Below the pieces are notes generated by a model. It made no database searches. It was not told the DNA's origin and saw only the letters and a list, made by a program, of their open reading frames with translations. The position numbers and the translations under genes were made by a program. DNA of 63,938 nt, the filler included, from Reclinomonas americana ATCC 50394 (Eukaryota), in NCBI GenBank assembly GCA_048213135.1. It is 13 parts of 13 records of this genome, joined end to end, with 100 filler letters (N's around TTAATTAATTAA, not from the genome) between each part and the next. Parts side by side here need not be neighbours in the genome. Positions count along the whole stretch, not along the records: positions 1 to 2,596 come from AFZH01024043.1; positions 2,697 to 5,900 come from AFZH01024044.1; positions 6,001 to 10,173 come from AFZH01024045.1; positions 10,274 to 15,851 come from AFZH01024046.1; 9 more parts are not named here. One strand, 5' to 3'. Shown here in pieces: positions 1-13,100 of this stretch; the first letter of the stretch is position 1; the number at the start of each line of letters is the position of its first letter.

Positions 1-1635
1 GGTGGTGTCGCGCATGCTGTACTTGAGTACAGCACGGTGAGGCTGGTGGGTGAGCTTGTGGGTGAGGAGGGAGACTGCATGCTCAGAGAGAGAGAGATTC
101 TTGTTTCGGTATTTGCATTGTTTTCACACTGGCAACACAGTGTGGAACAGTCCAGCAGCAGTTACCGTCAATCCAGTTGATGGTGCACATGCTGCACAAG
201 AGCGACAAAAGAGAGAGAGAGAGAAGAGGTGGGAGCAAAAAGAGAGTGAAGAAGCCGCCGGTCTGTCTCACGAACCCGTCACTGACACCGAAATGCAGTG
301 GACGAGACTCGGAAGAACAGACACAGACGGACTTCTTCGACCTGGAGGTGGTGTCGAGCATGCCATACTTGAGTGCAGCACAATGAGTCTGGCGAGTGAG
401 CTTGTGGGCGAGGAGAGAGACTGCATGCTCACAGAGAGAGAGATTCTTGTTTCGGTATTTCATTTGTTCACACTGGCAACACAGTGGGGATCAGGCCAAC
501 AACAGTTGTCACCAATCCTGGTGGTGGTACACATGCTGTACCTGAGTGGCAAAAGGAAGAGAGAGAGGAGAGGAAGGCAGAAAAAAGAATTGAAGAAGCC
601 GCCGGCCAGCCTCACGAACTCGCCACTGACACCGAAATGCAGTGGACGAGACTCGGAAGAACAGACACAGACAGACTTCTTCGGTCTGGAGATGGTGTTG
701 AGCATGCTGTACTTGACTACGGTACAGTGAGCTCGGTGGGTGAGCTTGTGGGTGAGGAGGGAGACTGCATGCTCACAGAGGGAGAGATTCTTGTTTCGGT
801 ATTTGCATTGTCTTCACACTGGCAACACTGTGTGCATCAGTCCAGCAGCAGTTGTCACCAATCCCGATAATGGTGGCACATATGCTGCACTCGAGCAGCA
901 AAAGAAGAGAGAGAGAAAGCAAAAAAAGAAGCGAAGAAGCCGCCGGTCTGCCTCACAAGCTCGCCACTGACACCGAAATGCAGTGGACGAAACTCGGAAG
1001 AACAGACGCAGACGGACTTCTTCGACCTGGAAGTGGTGTCGAGCATGTTATACTTGAGTGATGCACCGCTAGGTCGGTGATCGAGCTTGTGGGCGAGGAG
1101 AGAGACTGCATGCTCACAGAGAGAGAGAGAGAGTGAGTGATTCTTGTTCGGTATTTCATTTGTTCACACTGGCAACACAGTGTGGATCAGTCCGGCAGCA
1201 GTTGTCACTGATCCAGATGGTGGTTCACATGCTGTTCTCAAGCAGCAAAAGAAGAGATATAGAAAGGGGGCAAAAAAGGAGTGAAGAAGCCGCCGGCCAG
1301 TCTCACGAACCCGCCACTGGCACCGAAATGCAGTGGACGAAACTCGGAAGAACAGACTCAGACGGACTTCTTCGACCTGGAGATGATGCTGAGCATGCTG
1401 TACTTGAGTGCAGCACAGATCCTGGTGAGTGAGCTTATGGGCGAGGAGAGAGACTGCATGCTCAGAGAAGAGTGAGAGATTCTTATTTCGGTATTCCTCC
1501 GTTCGCATTGGCAGCACAGTGTGGAGCATGCGCAGTCCATCAACAGTTGTCGCCGATCCAAGTAGTGTCACACATGCCTACTTAAATATGACAAATGAAG
1601 GAGCGAGCGCGAGAGAGAGAGAGAGCAGAAAGTGA
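1..1635 (+). repeat. ~345-bp diverged tandem repeat (about 4.5 copies); each unit looks like a ~90-nt intron plus a 255-nt exon
   Basis: Anchor GTGAGCTTGTGGG recurs at 50, 396, 740, ~1080 and 1429. Segments 141-395 and 485-739 are both 255 nt, open, and flanked by CAG/GTGAG in phase 1 (peptide ...TDTEMQWTRLGRTDTD...). Copies 3 and 4 carry frameshifts or stops. Confidence 0.8.
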
Positions 1636-1697
1636 CCATGACGCGCAGCGTTGGCGTCCTCGCGTCCTCTCGCTTGCAAACTGTTGCGTAAAATCTG

Positions 1698-2293
1698 ATG
1701 GGAGTGTCGTCATCGTACCCTCGGCGCCCGCAAGGAGTGACTGCAGTCCTTGCGTATGAGTTCGGGGCGATCAAGGCACACTTGGAGGCGCAGCGCGTTG
1801 TGCAGATTGCGCTCTCCCCTCAGCCAACAGTTGCGTGTGTTCTCGCGATCGCTGTTTAAATTTTGTTTTTGCCAGTGTTGCGCGCGCACGTGAACATATG
1901 CTAGCACGCGCTCACCACTTTACATACACGCCTTTCGTGCAGGACGAGGAGTCGCTGTACCTCTTCAAAGGGGGGTTTGAGCTTCACGCACGAGTGCACG
2001 TGCCAGTTGAGTCCCTCGGCGCTATCTTCGCATTGCACGTGAACGGCAACTTGCGGTGGTCCAGTCGCAGTGGCGTGTACAGGGGCTGCGGAATCTTTGA
2101 GATAGGACTGCTCCCTGTGACGTCTGGCAACGGAACCGTCACCATTGGATCCCGTCAGATCATCATGCGACTTGGTGACAGACCGTCGGCCCTGCGATAT
2201 GCCGTACGTTTCGCGAATCTCTCTAGGTTGTGGTGGCCTTGTCTCCCGAGCGCTGTGCTTGCGTCTACCAGTGCATTTGACCCACTTGGATAG
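1698..2293 (+). CDS. Hypothetical eukaryotic protein, spliced; possible N-myristoylation motif MGVSSS; 3' end uncertain
   Basis: ATG 1698 is open to a GTTGCGT donor at 1830. Intron 1830-1942 (branch-like CTCAC, GCAG acceptor) rejoins ORF 1835..2293 in frame (...SPQPT|DEESLYLF...). Confidence 0.5.
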
Positions 2294-2596
2294 GTGCCAA
2301 GTGCCCGTGGACGAGAGCCCTTCGCGATCGACTCCAGCGACGTCTGATCGCCTTGCAATTGTTGACAGTGCAAACAGGTCAGTTTCTTTGACCACCTCTC
2401 ACCTTCGCTGTCACTCACTGCCTGTTTATTTTCAGTGTGGATTCTTCGCCAGTGGCTGCTGAGCTTACATCCTATGTTATGTCAAGCGCACGGAGTGATT
2501 TCGCTGGGTGCGGGCGAGTTCGAGAGTTTTATCCCACCCCGCCGGCTTCTTTTTGTTCATGGTGGCGTGGTTTGAGAGAAGTAGCAGTTTCCCAAT

Positions 2597-2696
2597 NNNN
2601 NNNNNNNNNNNNNNNNNNNNNNNNNNNNNNNNNNNNNNNNTTAATTAATTAANNNNNNNNNNNNNNNNNNNNNNNNNNNNNNNNNNNNNNNNNNNN
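2597..2696. other. Artificial contig spacer (first of 12: 2597-2696, 5901-6000, 10174-10273, 15852-15951, 17220-17319, 29307-29406, 31401-31500, 41517-41616, 43455-43554, 57468-57567, 60697-60796, 62419-62518)
   Basis: Identical N44-TTAATTAATTAA-N44 blocks; the 12-mer places stops in all six frames. Confidence 0.99.
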
Positions 2697-3176
2697 CGGC
2701 GGCGGAGGCGGCGGCGGTGTTTGCAGGCGCTTCACTCCCGTCACCACACTGCGCGCATCGGTGACCAGTGGAAGACGGATCGGCGGAATGTGCGTGGGTC
2801 GCTCACGCGGGTGCAGAAGCTGCTCCCAGCCGGTGATCGTTGGGTGCAACTTGCGCCACTGTGAGAAATGAGAAGTACAGTGAGCATACACGCGCGCGTG
2901 AGACAGAGTGTGTGTGTGTGATAGAGGGGAGAGAGTGTGTGTGTGTGTGTCAGGGTGGCGTACTTTGGGCCGCCCTCGCGCGTGAGACATTCGAAGTCGT
3001 CCGATATTCGCATGAAATTTCGCGGAAAATCACCAAGCAACAGCGCGCAGTGCGGCAAGCTACATGATAACCATCTTGAGAGCACGCCAGCAGCTGAAAG
3101 ATCACAAAAAATCGAGAAAAAGTCAGCGTTTTCTGCATGGTGACAAGACGTGACAGCCGCATGCGAGGCAGCTTGA

Positions 3177-5871
3177 TCACATGACTTGCAGTAGGTTGCA
3201 ATCCAATAGTCTGAAGAACGTGTCCATCTTGAATTCGTGGTGGTCATCATGACCATGAGCTTCTGCGTTAGATTCGCGCTGTTTGTCGCAGTCAGAAGCG
3301 TTGCTCGATATTCATCGGCGTGCTCATTGTTGGGTATGGATCAGTGAGTTTCTATTATTATGGACATTTGTCGCATTATTGGAATGTGGTGAATGAAGTG
3401 TTTTTCTTTGAAGGCGATTCAACGCACAGAGAAAGCATCTTGCTCTTGCCGACAGCACCATCATTCGCCATATGCATTCAGTAACAAGCGACACAGGACT
3501 ACAAATAACCTCCTGCAGCTGCAGACCGTGCTCGAGCTGCTGGCAACAGTCTCTGTTGTTCGGGATTCCGGCCCGTTTCGTTCACGGGAACAACCGCGAG
3601 AGCAACAGACTGTGGAGCATTGTCGGCTTTCGTGCGCCTCAGCAGCGTCACCAGGAACACCGTGATGACCTCAATGGCCGTCACGTGGAACTTGAAGACG
3701 AGTGGGGTGAGCTTGGAATGCAAGTCTGTGTTCCAGTGGACAAGTGAGACAACCAAAGACCAAGCACGACAAGCAAGCACTGCGCACCGCCATAGACAAT
3801 CACAGAAATGTCGGGGTGCAGCTTGTCCACGTACGTCAGACCCAGTCGCACCACTTGGCCTGTGAGCATTACGCGACAGTGGGCAGTGTTGCTTCCCCCA
3901 GGCCCATCGACCCGAGACCAACATGAACGCACCAAACAGTAAAATCGTCAGGCCGATCACCACCACCGCTTTTCGCCACAGTTTCTCCTGACAGTACGTC
4001 AACACCTTGCTGTGTGTGTGCGCGCGACAGGTCAGTGCGGATGCTACTGCAAGTATGCGCCACGATCACTCACGCAACAGCGGATTGTGCTCAAAGGCCA
4101 CGAGTGGAACGACAATTGCCAGGGCGCCGATCAAGTGAATGGCAGTACTGATACCTGTTAGCAGGTCAGCAAACAGCGCAACACTCCAACAAAAAATGCG
4201 CACACAACTGTTTGCCACTCGGTTCACCGGCGCGGGGTCCAGGAGGGATGCGTCGCCACTACACACAATGGTGAGCGCATACGCCTCACAGTTGCACAGC
4301 TTCTTAGTACTCGCAAGTCTCACCCCAAAAAGTAAATCAAGTTGCAAGTGCACGACAATATCTCGGCCAGCCAGCCGATCAAGAAGAACGTATCCATGTT
4401 GAATTCGTGGTGGTCATCATGACCATGCGCCTCTGCGTTAGATTCGCGCTGTTTGGAGGAGTCAGAAGCGTTGCTCGACATTCATCGGCGTGCAAAATAG
4501 TGACCGCACCTGGCTGGGCTCGGTTGAAGTTGACATGCGTCTGTCATCATAATCTACATCTCCAGAGGCACTTGTGGCAGCACTAGACGTTCGCGACAAC
4601 GTATTCTGTCGTGGAGACACTGTCTCAGATCTAGAGCCTCCACGCGGTGGGTGCTCCGCTTGCCGTTGCTGCGTTCGTTGAAAAGTGAGCGATACTGCAT
4701 GTGAGCGCGGCAACGACTGACGAACCACCACCGCTCCCACGTTGTGTTTCGCCGCATCCACGCGCAACAGCGGCAGAAACACGCCGAGAACTCCTGCCAC
4801 GCAACACAGAGCGACAATAAAGCCGCCCACTGGCTTGGTCTGCTCGCCAAAGAAATCCAACACGTCTGAGGGCAGAGGTGACGATGAGCGACATGACATG
4901 GGAAACAGGCAAAGAATACTACACGCACCGGGATACAGCGCCGCCAGAACACCCACACCGCCCATGAGTGCTACCACAATCAGCGTCGGGGGCAGCACCG
5001 CTCCGCTGATTAAGCCGGCCAGAAAGGTCGCGTAACTGTGTTGAGATGAAGGCTCCTTGTCGCTGGTCTCAGGACTGTGTTTGGTATGCCCCTTTGGTTT
5101 CTTGGGAGGCGCGGTGAACGCCTTGTAAACAGTGAAGAACTCGTGGAGGTAGTAAAACGACAGCCACGCGACGGTGAATCCAAACAGTCGCTGCGCGTTC
5201 GCCGACGCACCAGTGGACTCCACCCAGCTGCGATAGCACAGAAACAAATAAGGAAAGCGCGCTCTCTCTCTCTCCCTCTCACTCTCCATCTCTCGCACAC
5301 GAAACTTTTGCAAGTGGTGTCCGAGAGTGTACATGACACCCAGCGAACCCACGATTGACATGTGCACGAGAAGCAGTGGCGTCAACACAGCTAACCTCGT
5401 TGGCGACTCCTCAAAAGCCGTGTACACGGTCCTTTCGCAGGCCCGCAATCGGAGAAGCAAAATGGCCAGCGGCAGGCAGCTGGAGAGAAGCGCCAGGTGG
5501 CCGCTAAAGAAGGTGATCTCGTACGCATCAAACGTGTGGTCCACTTGCTCGATGATAAAGGCGCCCCAGACACACACGGCAAATGAAGTCGCAAAGAGCA
5601 GAATGCTCAACAGCGATTCTGTCAACACAAAGTCGTCCACGAGGGGGGGAAATGACTTGCGCGCGAGGAGAATGGTCTGCGCAGCGTGGAGGAAAGCTGA
5701 GGTGGTATCACCAAGGATTGGCGTCAAAGGACTTTTTGACTCTTGTTTCCCCAGGTCACAGCGAAGAGTTGGAGAATGGGCAACAGAGAGGATTGTAGTA
5801 CACGGATAAAGCACGGCAGACAACAGAACGAATGATGACAGTGAACAAGGCAGCAGCAATACTACGTCCAT
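3177..5871 (-). CDS. Multi-exon polytopic membrane protein of unknown family; ends uncertain
   Basis: Many hydrophobic helices in ORFs 4462..5871, 4066..4353 and 3499..4005; GT-AG introns, e.g. 5305-5228 with a GTTTCGT donor and a (GA)n tract; the exon RESNAEAHGHDDHHEF occurs twice. Confidence 0.55.
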
Positions 5872-6041
5872 GCTAGAAACACTGAGGATGACAGCAAGAG
5901 NNNNNNNNNNNNNNNNNNNNNNNNNNNNNNNNNNNNNNNNNNNNTTAATTAATTAANNNNNNNNNNNNNNNNNNNNNNNNNNNNNNNNNNNNNNNNNNNN
6001 CTCTCCTCTCTCCTCCTCTCTCTCTCTCTCTCTCTCTCTCA

Positions 6042-7299
6042 ATGTGCGCACGTGCAGACCAATCATCGCTTGTCACATCACTCCGCGCGGGCCTCGCTGA
6101 CTCCGACGACCAGCCGCGACAATGCCGCGCTCTCGAGCAGCTGGAACGCATCAGTCGCGTCAATCCCAACGATCTCCTCGCCAATCGGATCTTTCTGCGC
6201 GTATTTGCCTCGTCATTGACCAACGACGACGACAATGGGCACATGATTGCCTCCGTGGCCGCACTCGTCGATCATCCATCCGTGTCGTCGACTGGCTTCT
6301 CGTTGGCGATGCGGACGCTGCGCAATGTGGCACAGTACGAGTTCTCCACGCCGATGGGTGCTGCACTGCGCGAGGCAATGACGCGACGGGTGCTGGCGGG
6401 TCTGCAGGCGAGCGGGCGTGGTGGCCACGAGAGCACTGAGTTGTTGGCGGTGCTGGCGCAGTCGGACAGTGAGGCGAGGCTCATGGTCGACTACGTGGAG
6501 GTGGTGGCGCGTCTCGTGATGGAGGAGCGAGCGCCCGAGTCGCAGATGAACATGGCGTGGGTCGTGTGTCACATGGCGCCGTGGAGTTGCGATCGTGTGA
6601 TGGCAGATGCACTGTGTTGGTACGCCAGCTGACACCACGGGTGATGCAGTTCACAGGGAGCGACCTGAGGCTGCGGCGCCGCTGTTGGCCGCCCTCGAAT
6701 TGTCGCAGAGCAAATCTCTGGCCACCGACATGGCACGTCGATCGCTGCTGTCGGGCGGCGATGATGGTGGTAGTAGCGGCGGTGTGTCTCTGTTGGAGGT
6801 GCGAAGACAGCTGACACCGCCCGTGATTCAAATGTCGCCTGCATCGGTCGACGAGGCTCGGCGGCGCAATGCCAACTCGGCCGTGGTGGCCGTCTGCGCA
6901 TCGGCGTGTGTGGCGTTTCTGTGGGCCTTTTGTCGCACCAAGTATCGAGCGCGGCGGTATCTGCGCGCTCTCGGCGAGGTCGTCACTGGTGACTTGCCGC
7001 CTGTTCAGCGACAGGCGATACGCAACGGCTTCTGGGCGGCGGCGGCTGCCGCACTCGGCACCTACGGTCTCGGCGTGGAGCGCCTGATTGACCGACGCGC
7101 GGCGTGGACCTCGAGCGGTGTCGCCATCACGCCGGAGCAGGACGAGAGGATGCAGCGGGAGCAAATGGTAGAGTTCGCGGTCCGCACGTTCCTCTCGTAT
7201 GCGGTGGTCAGCGTCCCCTACGCAGTGCTGCCGATGGTTGCCGGGCTGATGACTGAGCAGTTGGGGCAGCAGGATCTCGACAATATACTCAGAACGTGA
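6042..7299 (+). CDS. Hypothetical protein: helical (ARM-like) N-terminal part with C-terminal hydrophobic segments; probably 5'-partial
   Basis: Coding-like GC-rich ORFs 6042..6632 and 6607..7299, plausibly joined by one short intron near 6557-6655; no family recognised. Confidence 0.55.
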
Positions 7300-7494
7300 A
7301 AAGGGGAAGAGGTGGAGGGAGGGTGGGCGGTGAGGGAGAAAGGGTGATCGACGGAGAATGTTTGCTTGAGGCGAATGCTGGGAGTATATAAAGCACACTT
7401 CTGCACATTTTCATTGTGCAGTTGACTCACTGCGTAACGCAAGAAGCATGAAAAACAACAACACACACTAAAAAAACATCCACCCGTTCAGATA

Positions 7495-9381
7495 TTACAA
7501 CTTCTCCAGGCACTCCTGGAGCGAAATGTTCGGGTCGTCCATCAGCTTGACGTACGAGCCTGCGAAACGAACGTGAGCCTCACGCACACGAATCGCAGCG
7601 AAGAAAGAGAAGCCTCACCCTTGGTGCTCTTCTGCTTCGGGTTCTCGTCAATCGCCTGATCGTAGCAGGCCTTGTGGTCGGCCAGGTACTGGTCCTCGGT
7701 GTAGGTGCCAGAGCCCTCCGGGCACGTGTTCAGCAGAGCAAACTATACAGCACATGGAGATCAGTCAGTGGCTTCACACACGTCATGCAATCAAACAAAA
7801 TGAATGACGCACCTTGATGGCGTGCTCCAGAATCGTCTTGCCAACGTCCTTGGCATCCGAAACCAGGCTCAGCTGGCCGGAGATGGCGGCCTTGATGGCT
7901 GTGCGCGTCATAATGAGGAGACAAGGCAAAACAGACTGGTCAACAGAGATGTGCGAGTCTCGTACCAGTCTTGGCCACCCACTTCATCGTCGACTTCACG
8001 CCGGCCTTGATGCCGTTCTTGCACCCGCTAATGTCCTTCAAGCACACCGGTCCACACGAGTACTACACACAACGTCGTTAGCGCACCGCAATCCACAACA
8101 GGAAGCAGCGAAATGAGAGGAAGATGATGCTCACCTTGTAGACGCTGTCCGAGCGGCACTGGGAGGAGTTCACATACACTGTCAGAAACAATCGGCACAG
8201 CAATACGTCGTCGTGGCACTTCTACATCTCACCTTCTGCATGCACGCAAAGCCGATGCAAGAGTAGCGATTGGCGTGTGCGCCTCCGGTCTTGTTGAAGC
8301 GCACTTTCTGCAAAGTGCGCGTCTCGTGTGAGCAGTACAGGCCAACGGCGCTTCTCACTTGCACGCCAACGCAACTCGGCGGCACATGGAGGTGTTCCAC
8401 TTGACGGTGAGCTTCTTGATCAGGGTCTCGCGGTTGACGAGGCGCGACACGGCCTGACCAACGATCGAGTTGTCGACCAAGTCCTTGGCGGTGATCACCT
8501 GACCAGAGAGCAGGCCGACAGACTCCGAGCGCATCTGCTTGCGCTTGCTCTGATCATCCTCGATATCCTGCAGCGTCTGTCGCAAGTCTGCACTCGGGAG
8601 CGTAGCGTGAGTTCACCGGCACAATGGAAAAACCTGCACGACATATCGACATGCAAACCGTTGTTGACCTCCTCCTCCTGCAGGCGCGATCCGTTAGTCA
8701 ACAGAGCACGACGAGAATAGCACGCAACACGCAGATGCACTCACCCACATCTCCTGCATCTTCCTGACCGACGTCTCAACGTCTTGCGCTGGGAGTGACA
8801 CAAACCAACCAGTCAGTACACGAAAGCGACGAACAGCGGGCAGCTCTCTCACTCTCCTCCTTCTGTGCGCGTCTGCAATAGCGTGTGTGCATTCTCTCCT
8901 CTTTCTCTCTTTGACACACACCTGGGAACTCATACTCCACCGCATTCTGCTTCGAAATTTGCATGCGCTCATCCGACACAATCTTCTTGGCCTTCTTGAT
9001 GGCCTCATCCACCGGCAGCAAATCCGCCGCACTCTGCAGCACCTGCAGAATGTCGCCCGCCAACGCACTCGACTGCGCGTCTGCCAAGCTCATCCCCTCA
9101 TCCTCCTCACTATCCTCATCCTCCTCCTCGAGCAGCTCATCCAGCGCCCGCTCCACCTCCTCCTCCGACATGCCGTTGAACTGCTGCAAGAACGCCTCAA
9201 AGTCCACGTCATCGTCTTCTATACGAGACAACTGAGGCAATCAAACTACACACAAACAGTGTGCGCAGTTGCATGCAGAAGGCAAACCCTCGACTTCACG
9301 TGCATGCACACACGTGCACGCAATCAACACTGCAACCAGCAGCAACGCGAACAATACAACAATCGACGAATGCTGAGCCAT
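7495..9381 (-). CDS. Predicted secreted protein with an acidic N-terminal region and a Cys-containing C-terminal half; multi-exon
   Basis: ATG 9381 gives the signal peptide MAQHSSIVVLFALLLVAVLIACTCVHA. Exons splice in frame (e.g. ...TSMCRR|KVRFNKTGG... across intron 8375-8308 with a GTTGCGT donor) to ...SLQECLEKL, TAA at 7495-7497. Confidence 0.65.
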
Positions 9382-9538
9382 GATGAACTACTTTCGCTTT
9401 TGAGCAGGGGAAAAACAAAAAAAAAACACAAATTCCGGATATCTGCTCGCGATGGACAGACGCGGACAGATGCGATGGTGAGTCACGCGACCGTTGATTT
9501 GTCTTTTTGCGTTGTGTCGCGAAAGGAACAAGGAGAGA

Positions 9539-10097
9539 ATGGCGGCGCCTGAGGAGGATGTCAAACCGGCGCTGACCTTGCGGTTGCGTCTCTTAATCAC
9601 TCACTCACTCACACACTCACGGTGTCTCTCTCTCTGTGTGTCTCACTCATTGTCTGTTTCTTCAGTCATGTGTTTGGTATGCAGTCGGATGTGCAAGGCA
9701 GTGTGCACTTGTTGAATGAGACCACGTGCTTGTACCCGGCCGGCCGGTGCATTGTCAATATGGATTTGCAAACAAGAGTGCAGCGGTTCATTGGTGAGTG
9801 GATTGGAGGAGAAAAGAGAGAGAGGGAGAGAGAGAGAGTGTGTGTGTGTGTGTGTGTGAGAAAGGAGAGAAGGGAGAGGAAGAAAGTGACGAGAGAAAAG
9901 GGAGGGAGTGTTGTGTCACAGTACAACTCCAGAACCTCGCAAATCGTGCTTCAGAAAGAGTCCGCGCTGTGTGTGCTTATTGAAGCTTGTGAGATGCGAG
10001 AGGGGCGAGAGAAGCAGAGACAGGGAGAGGTGGAGGTGAGAGAGGGAGGATTGTGTCAAGGCACAACTCCAGAACCTCGCAAATCGTGGTTCAGATT

Positions 10098-10157
<60 letters not shown>

Positions 10158-13100
10158 TAGAGAGAGAGAGAGANNNNNNNNNNNNNNNNNNNNNNNNNNN
10201 NNNNNNNNNNNNNNNNNTTAATTAATTAANNNNNNNNNNNNNNNNNNNNNNNNNNNNNNNNNNNNNNNNNNNNTTCTCTTCCTCCTCTCCACGCAGTCCC
10301 CTCGGCACAACATGCGACAAAGAGCGAAGGCATCAGTGCCATGTCGTTGATGGGATCGCAGAACGAGCGCAAGGAGCGCAAGTATCTTGCTGTGGCGGAG
10401 CGCAGCAGCGAGGCGGCCATGGTGCACATTTACGAGGTGGCCACTGGTGAGTTGTGACGACTCCGAGACTCTCCAGCCCTTTGCTGCTCTGTCTCACATG
10501 CGTCTCAGGCCGACGAAAGAAAACGGTGACCTCGTCAAACTCGAACGACAAGGCCAAGGAGTACGTGTCGGTCGATTTTAGCCACGATGGCAAGCTGTTG
10601 ACGCTGGGAGGCGCACCGAATTACGGCCTGACTGTGTGGGGATTGGACGCAAAGAAGGTGCTGGCCTCCACCGAGTGTGTGGCGCAGGAGGATCTCTCCA
10701 AGCCGTACCAATGTGAGTCGACAGGCGGGCAAATGGGCATCGAGTGTTGCTCCCAAAATCTCTTTCCCCTCCTCCTCCTCACCTCTCTCTCTCTCTTCCC
10801 ACACAGCCGGCACTCCTCTCCCCGTCATGACCCAGTGCTCGTTCTGCCCGGCTGACTCGTCGCTGATTGCGGTCGTCGGCAACGGTGCACTGCGATTCCT
10901 CCGTGCCGAGGCCAATGGCTTCCGCGTGCTGGCCGCCTCGGCTCTGCGCGAGCCCAAGAACATTGTGGCACAGGCGTGGCTGCGTGGCACCGACGACCAC
11001 CGCTTTGTGGCGGCCACCGATCAGGGCGAGTTGCTGCTGATTGAGAATGGCGAATTCAAGGGCACAATTCACACGCAGGATGCGATGGGCGAGATTGTGC
11101 GCGTCATTTACCCGTTCCAGAAGGTTTGGCGCCACTCCAACCTCGCAGACGCGCGCGGCGACTCACCACTCTGCTTCGTGCAGGGCTTTATCGTGGGCAC
11201 CGACACGGGCAAGGTGGCGATTTACGACCGCTCCGATGCCGGCGACTTTTACTCTCGCGTGCGCACCGTCAAGCTGCTGGACAAGGACAAGAACGGCAAC
11301 CAGCTGTTTTCGGATCCACGGCCGGCCGTGGTGGGCCTCTCTGTCAATCCGGAGCAGACCATGATTGCAGTGTCGACGGCCAATCACCAAATCTTTTTGG
11401 TGTCCCTCAACCAGGACATTGAGAATGTTGCGTGCAAGCACAGCAGCAGTTCGTCCACTGCACTGGGTGCATGCTCATCTATCGCGTGATGCCAAATTTT
11501 ACACAGGACGTGTCGCTGCTGGCCGAAAGCTGGCACTCTGACGGCATCACTGCTGTCGACACATGCATTCGGAAGCCACTCATTGTCACGTGCGGCGTCG
11601 ACAAGAGTGTGCGTGTGTGGAACTACCACGACCACTCGTTGAATATTGTGCGCTTCTTCCCCGAGGAGGCCACTGCTGTCGCAATTCACCCCTCGGGTGA
11701 GTGTCGCTCGTGCGCCGGTTTGCTGGGTGAATGCGCGACTCACTTTTTTCCCTCGTGGCGCAGGTCATCACATGCTGGTCGGCTTCAAAACCAAGTTGAA
11801 GCTCATGGACATTCTCGATGACGACTTGAGAATTGTGAAGGAGTTTTCAGTGCGCGAATGTCGAGAGGTGTGTGTTTAACGGCAAGAGGGATGTACGAAA
11901 GAGCACTTGCTCACACTCCCCCCCCCCCCCCCGTCCTTTACGCAGTGCCGCTTCTCGCACGGTGGCAGCTTCTTCGCGGCCGTCAATCAACACAACGTGC
12001 AAGTGTACGCCACCTACACGTGCGAGTTGCTCAAATCACTGCGTCACATGTCATTGATTCAGTCGGTGGCATGGAAGGCCGACGATGCATCGCTCGTGAG
12101 GTGAAGGCAGAGAATGATGGAGAGAAGAGCGACTCTTGGTGCTCATGGTCTTCCTTTTCGCTTGCGCAGCTGCGCGGAGGACGGCTCACTCTTCGAGTGG
12201 CAAGTCGGCAACTTTGGTCTGCTGCACGAACACTCCACACCCAACTGTCGATACTCTTCAGTCGTGTACGGCCCCGGCGACACCATTTTCGCCGTTGGCT
12301 CTGACAAGCCCGTGCGGCGACACTACTTTCAAGAGTTCAACGGCAGCGAGGGCCAGGAGATCGAGGTCATCAACAGTCGAGTGGCGTTGTACAAGCTGCA
12401 ATACGCGCAGAACAATCGTGCCATTTACGCCGGCAAGGAGGACGGTCTGATTCGGTTTTATCCGTTCCCGCTGGAGCGAGGTGAGCGCAAAAAAGAATAG
12501 AGTGCTTGCGTCCTCTCTTTCTCCTTTATTCCCTTCTGAAAACCTTTACGTCCCAATCGCACAGATGTGTTTGAGGACTATGTGGCTCACCAGAACAGCA
12601 TCCTCTCCATCACCATGTCGTACGACGAGTCGACGCTGGTCACTGTCGGTCGCGACGGCTGTGTGATGGTGTTTGACGTGCGCGACATTTCCGAGCAGTC
12701 CAAGAAGCTGGAGGTGGCCTTCTCGGACGAGGTGCTCATTTCGCACTCAGAGCTGGAGCATCTGCGCACCATTATTGCGGGCCTGGAGCAGACGATTGAG
12801 ACCAACATGCAGCAGTACGACGTGAACATGAAGACTCGCGAGCGTGAGCTGCACTTGGCGCACGAGATGGACAAGGGCAAGTTGTTACAAAAGGTGGGTG
12901 TGTGTGCGTGAGTGAGAAGGGAGAATTTGTGTGCACAGTTAGACTCATCCATCTTGCCATCTCCAGCTCGACCAATTACAACAACAAGCCTCGGAGGAGG
13001 AGCACAGAAAAGAGGCCGAGATTGTGCGTCTAAGGAGCGAGATTCACAACGCGGAGCGTCTGCACGAAGAGGAGATGACGCGCAAGAAGAACGAGTTCAA

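Noticed and set aside
2641..2652. Recurring TTAATTAATTAA motif
   Set aside because: Artificial six-frame-stop linker inside N runs.
8160..8270. Apparent non-GT donor in the secreted-protein gene
   Set aside because: Resolved with canonical sites: ...CMQK|GTGAGA...CCCAG|CRSDSVYK, treating CTGAC as the branch point.
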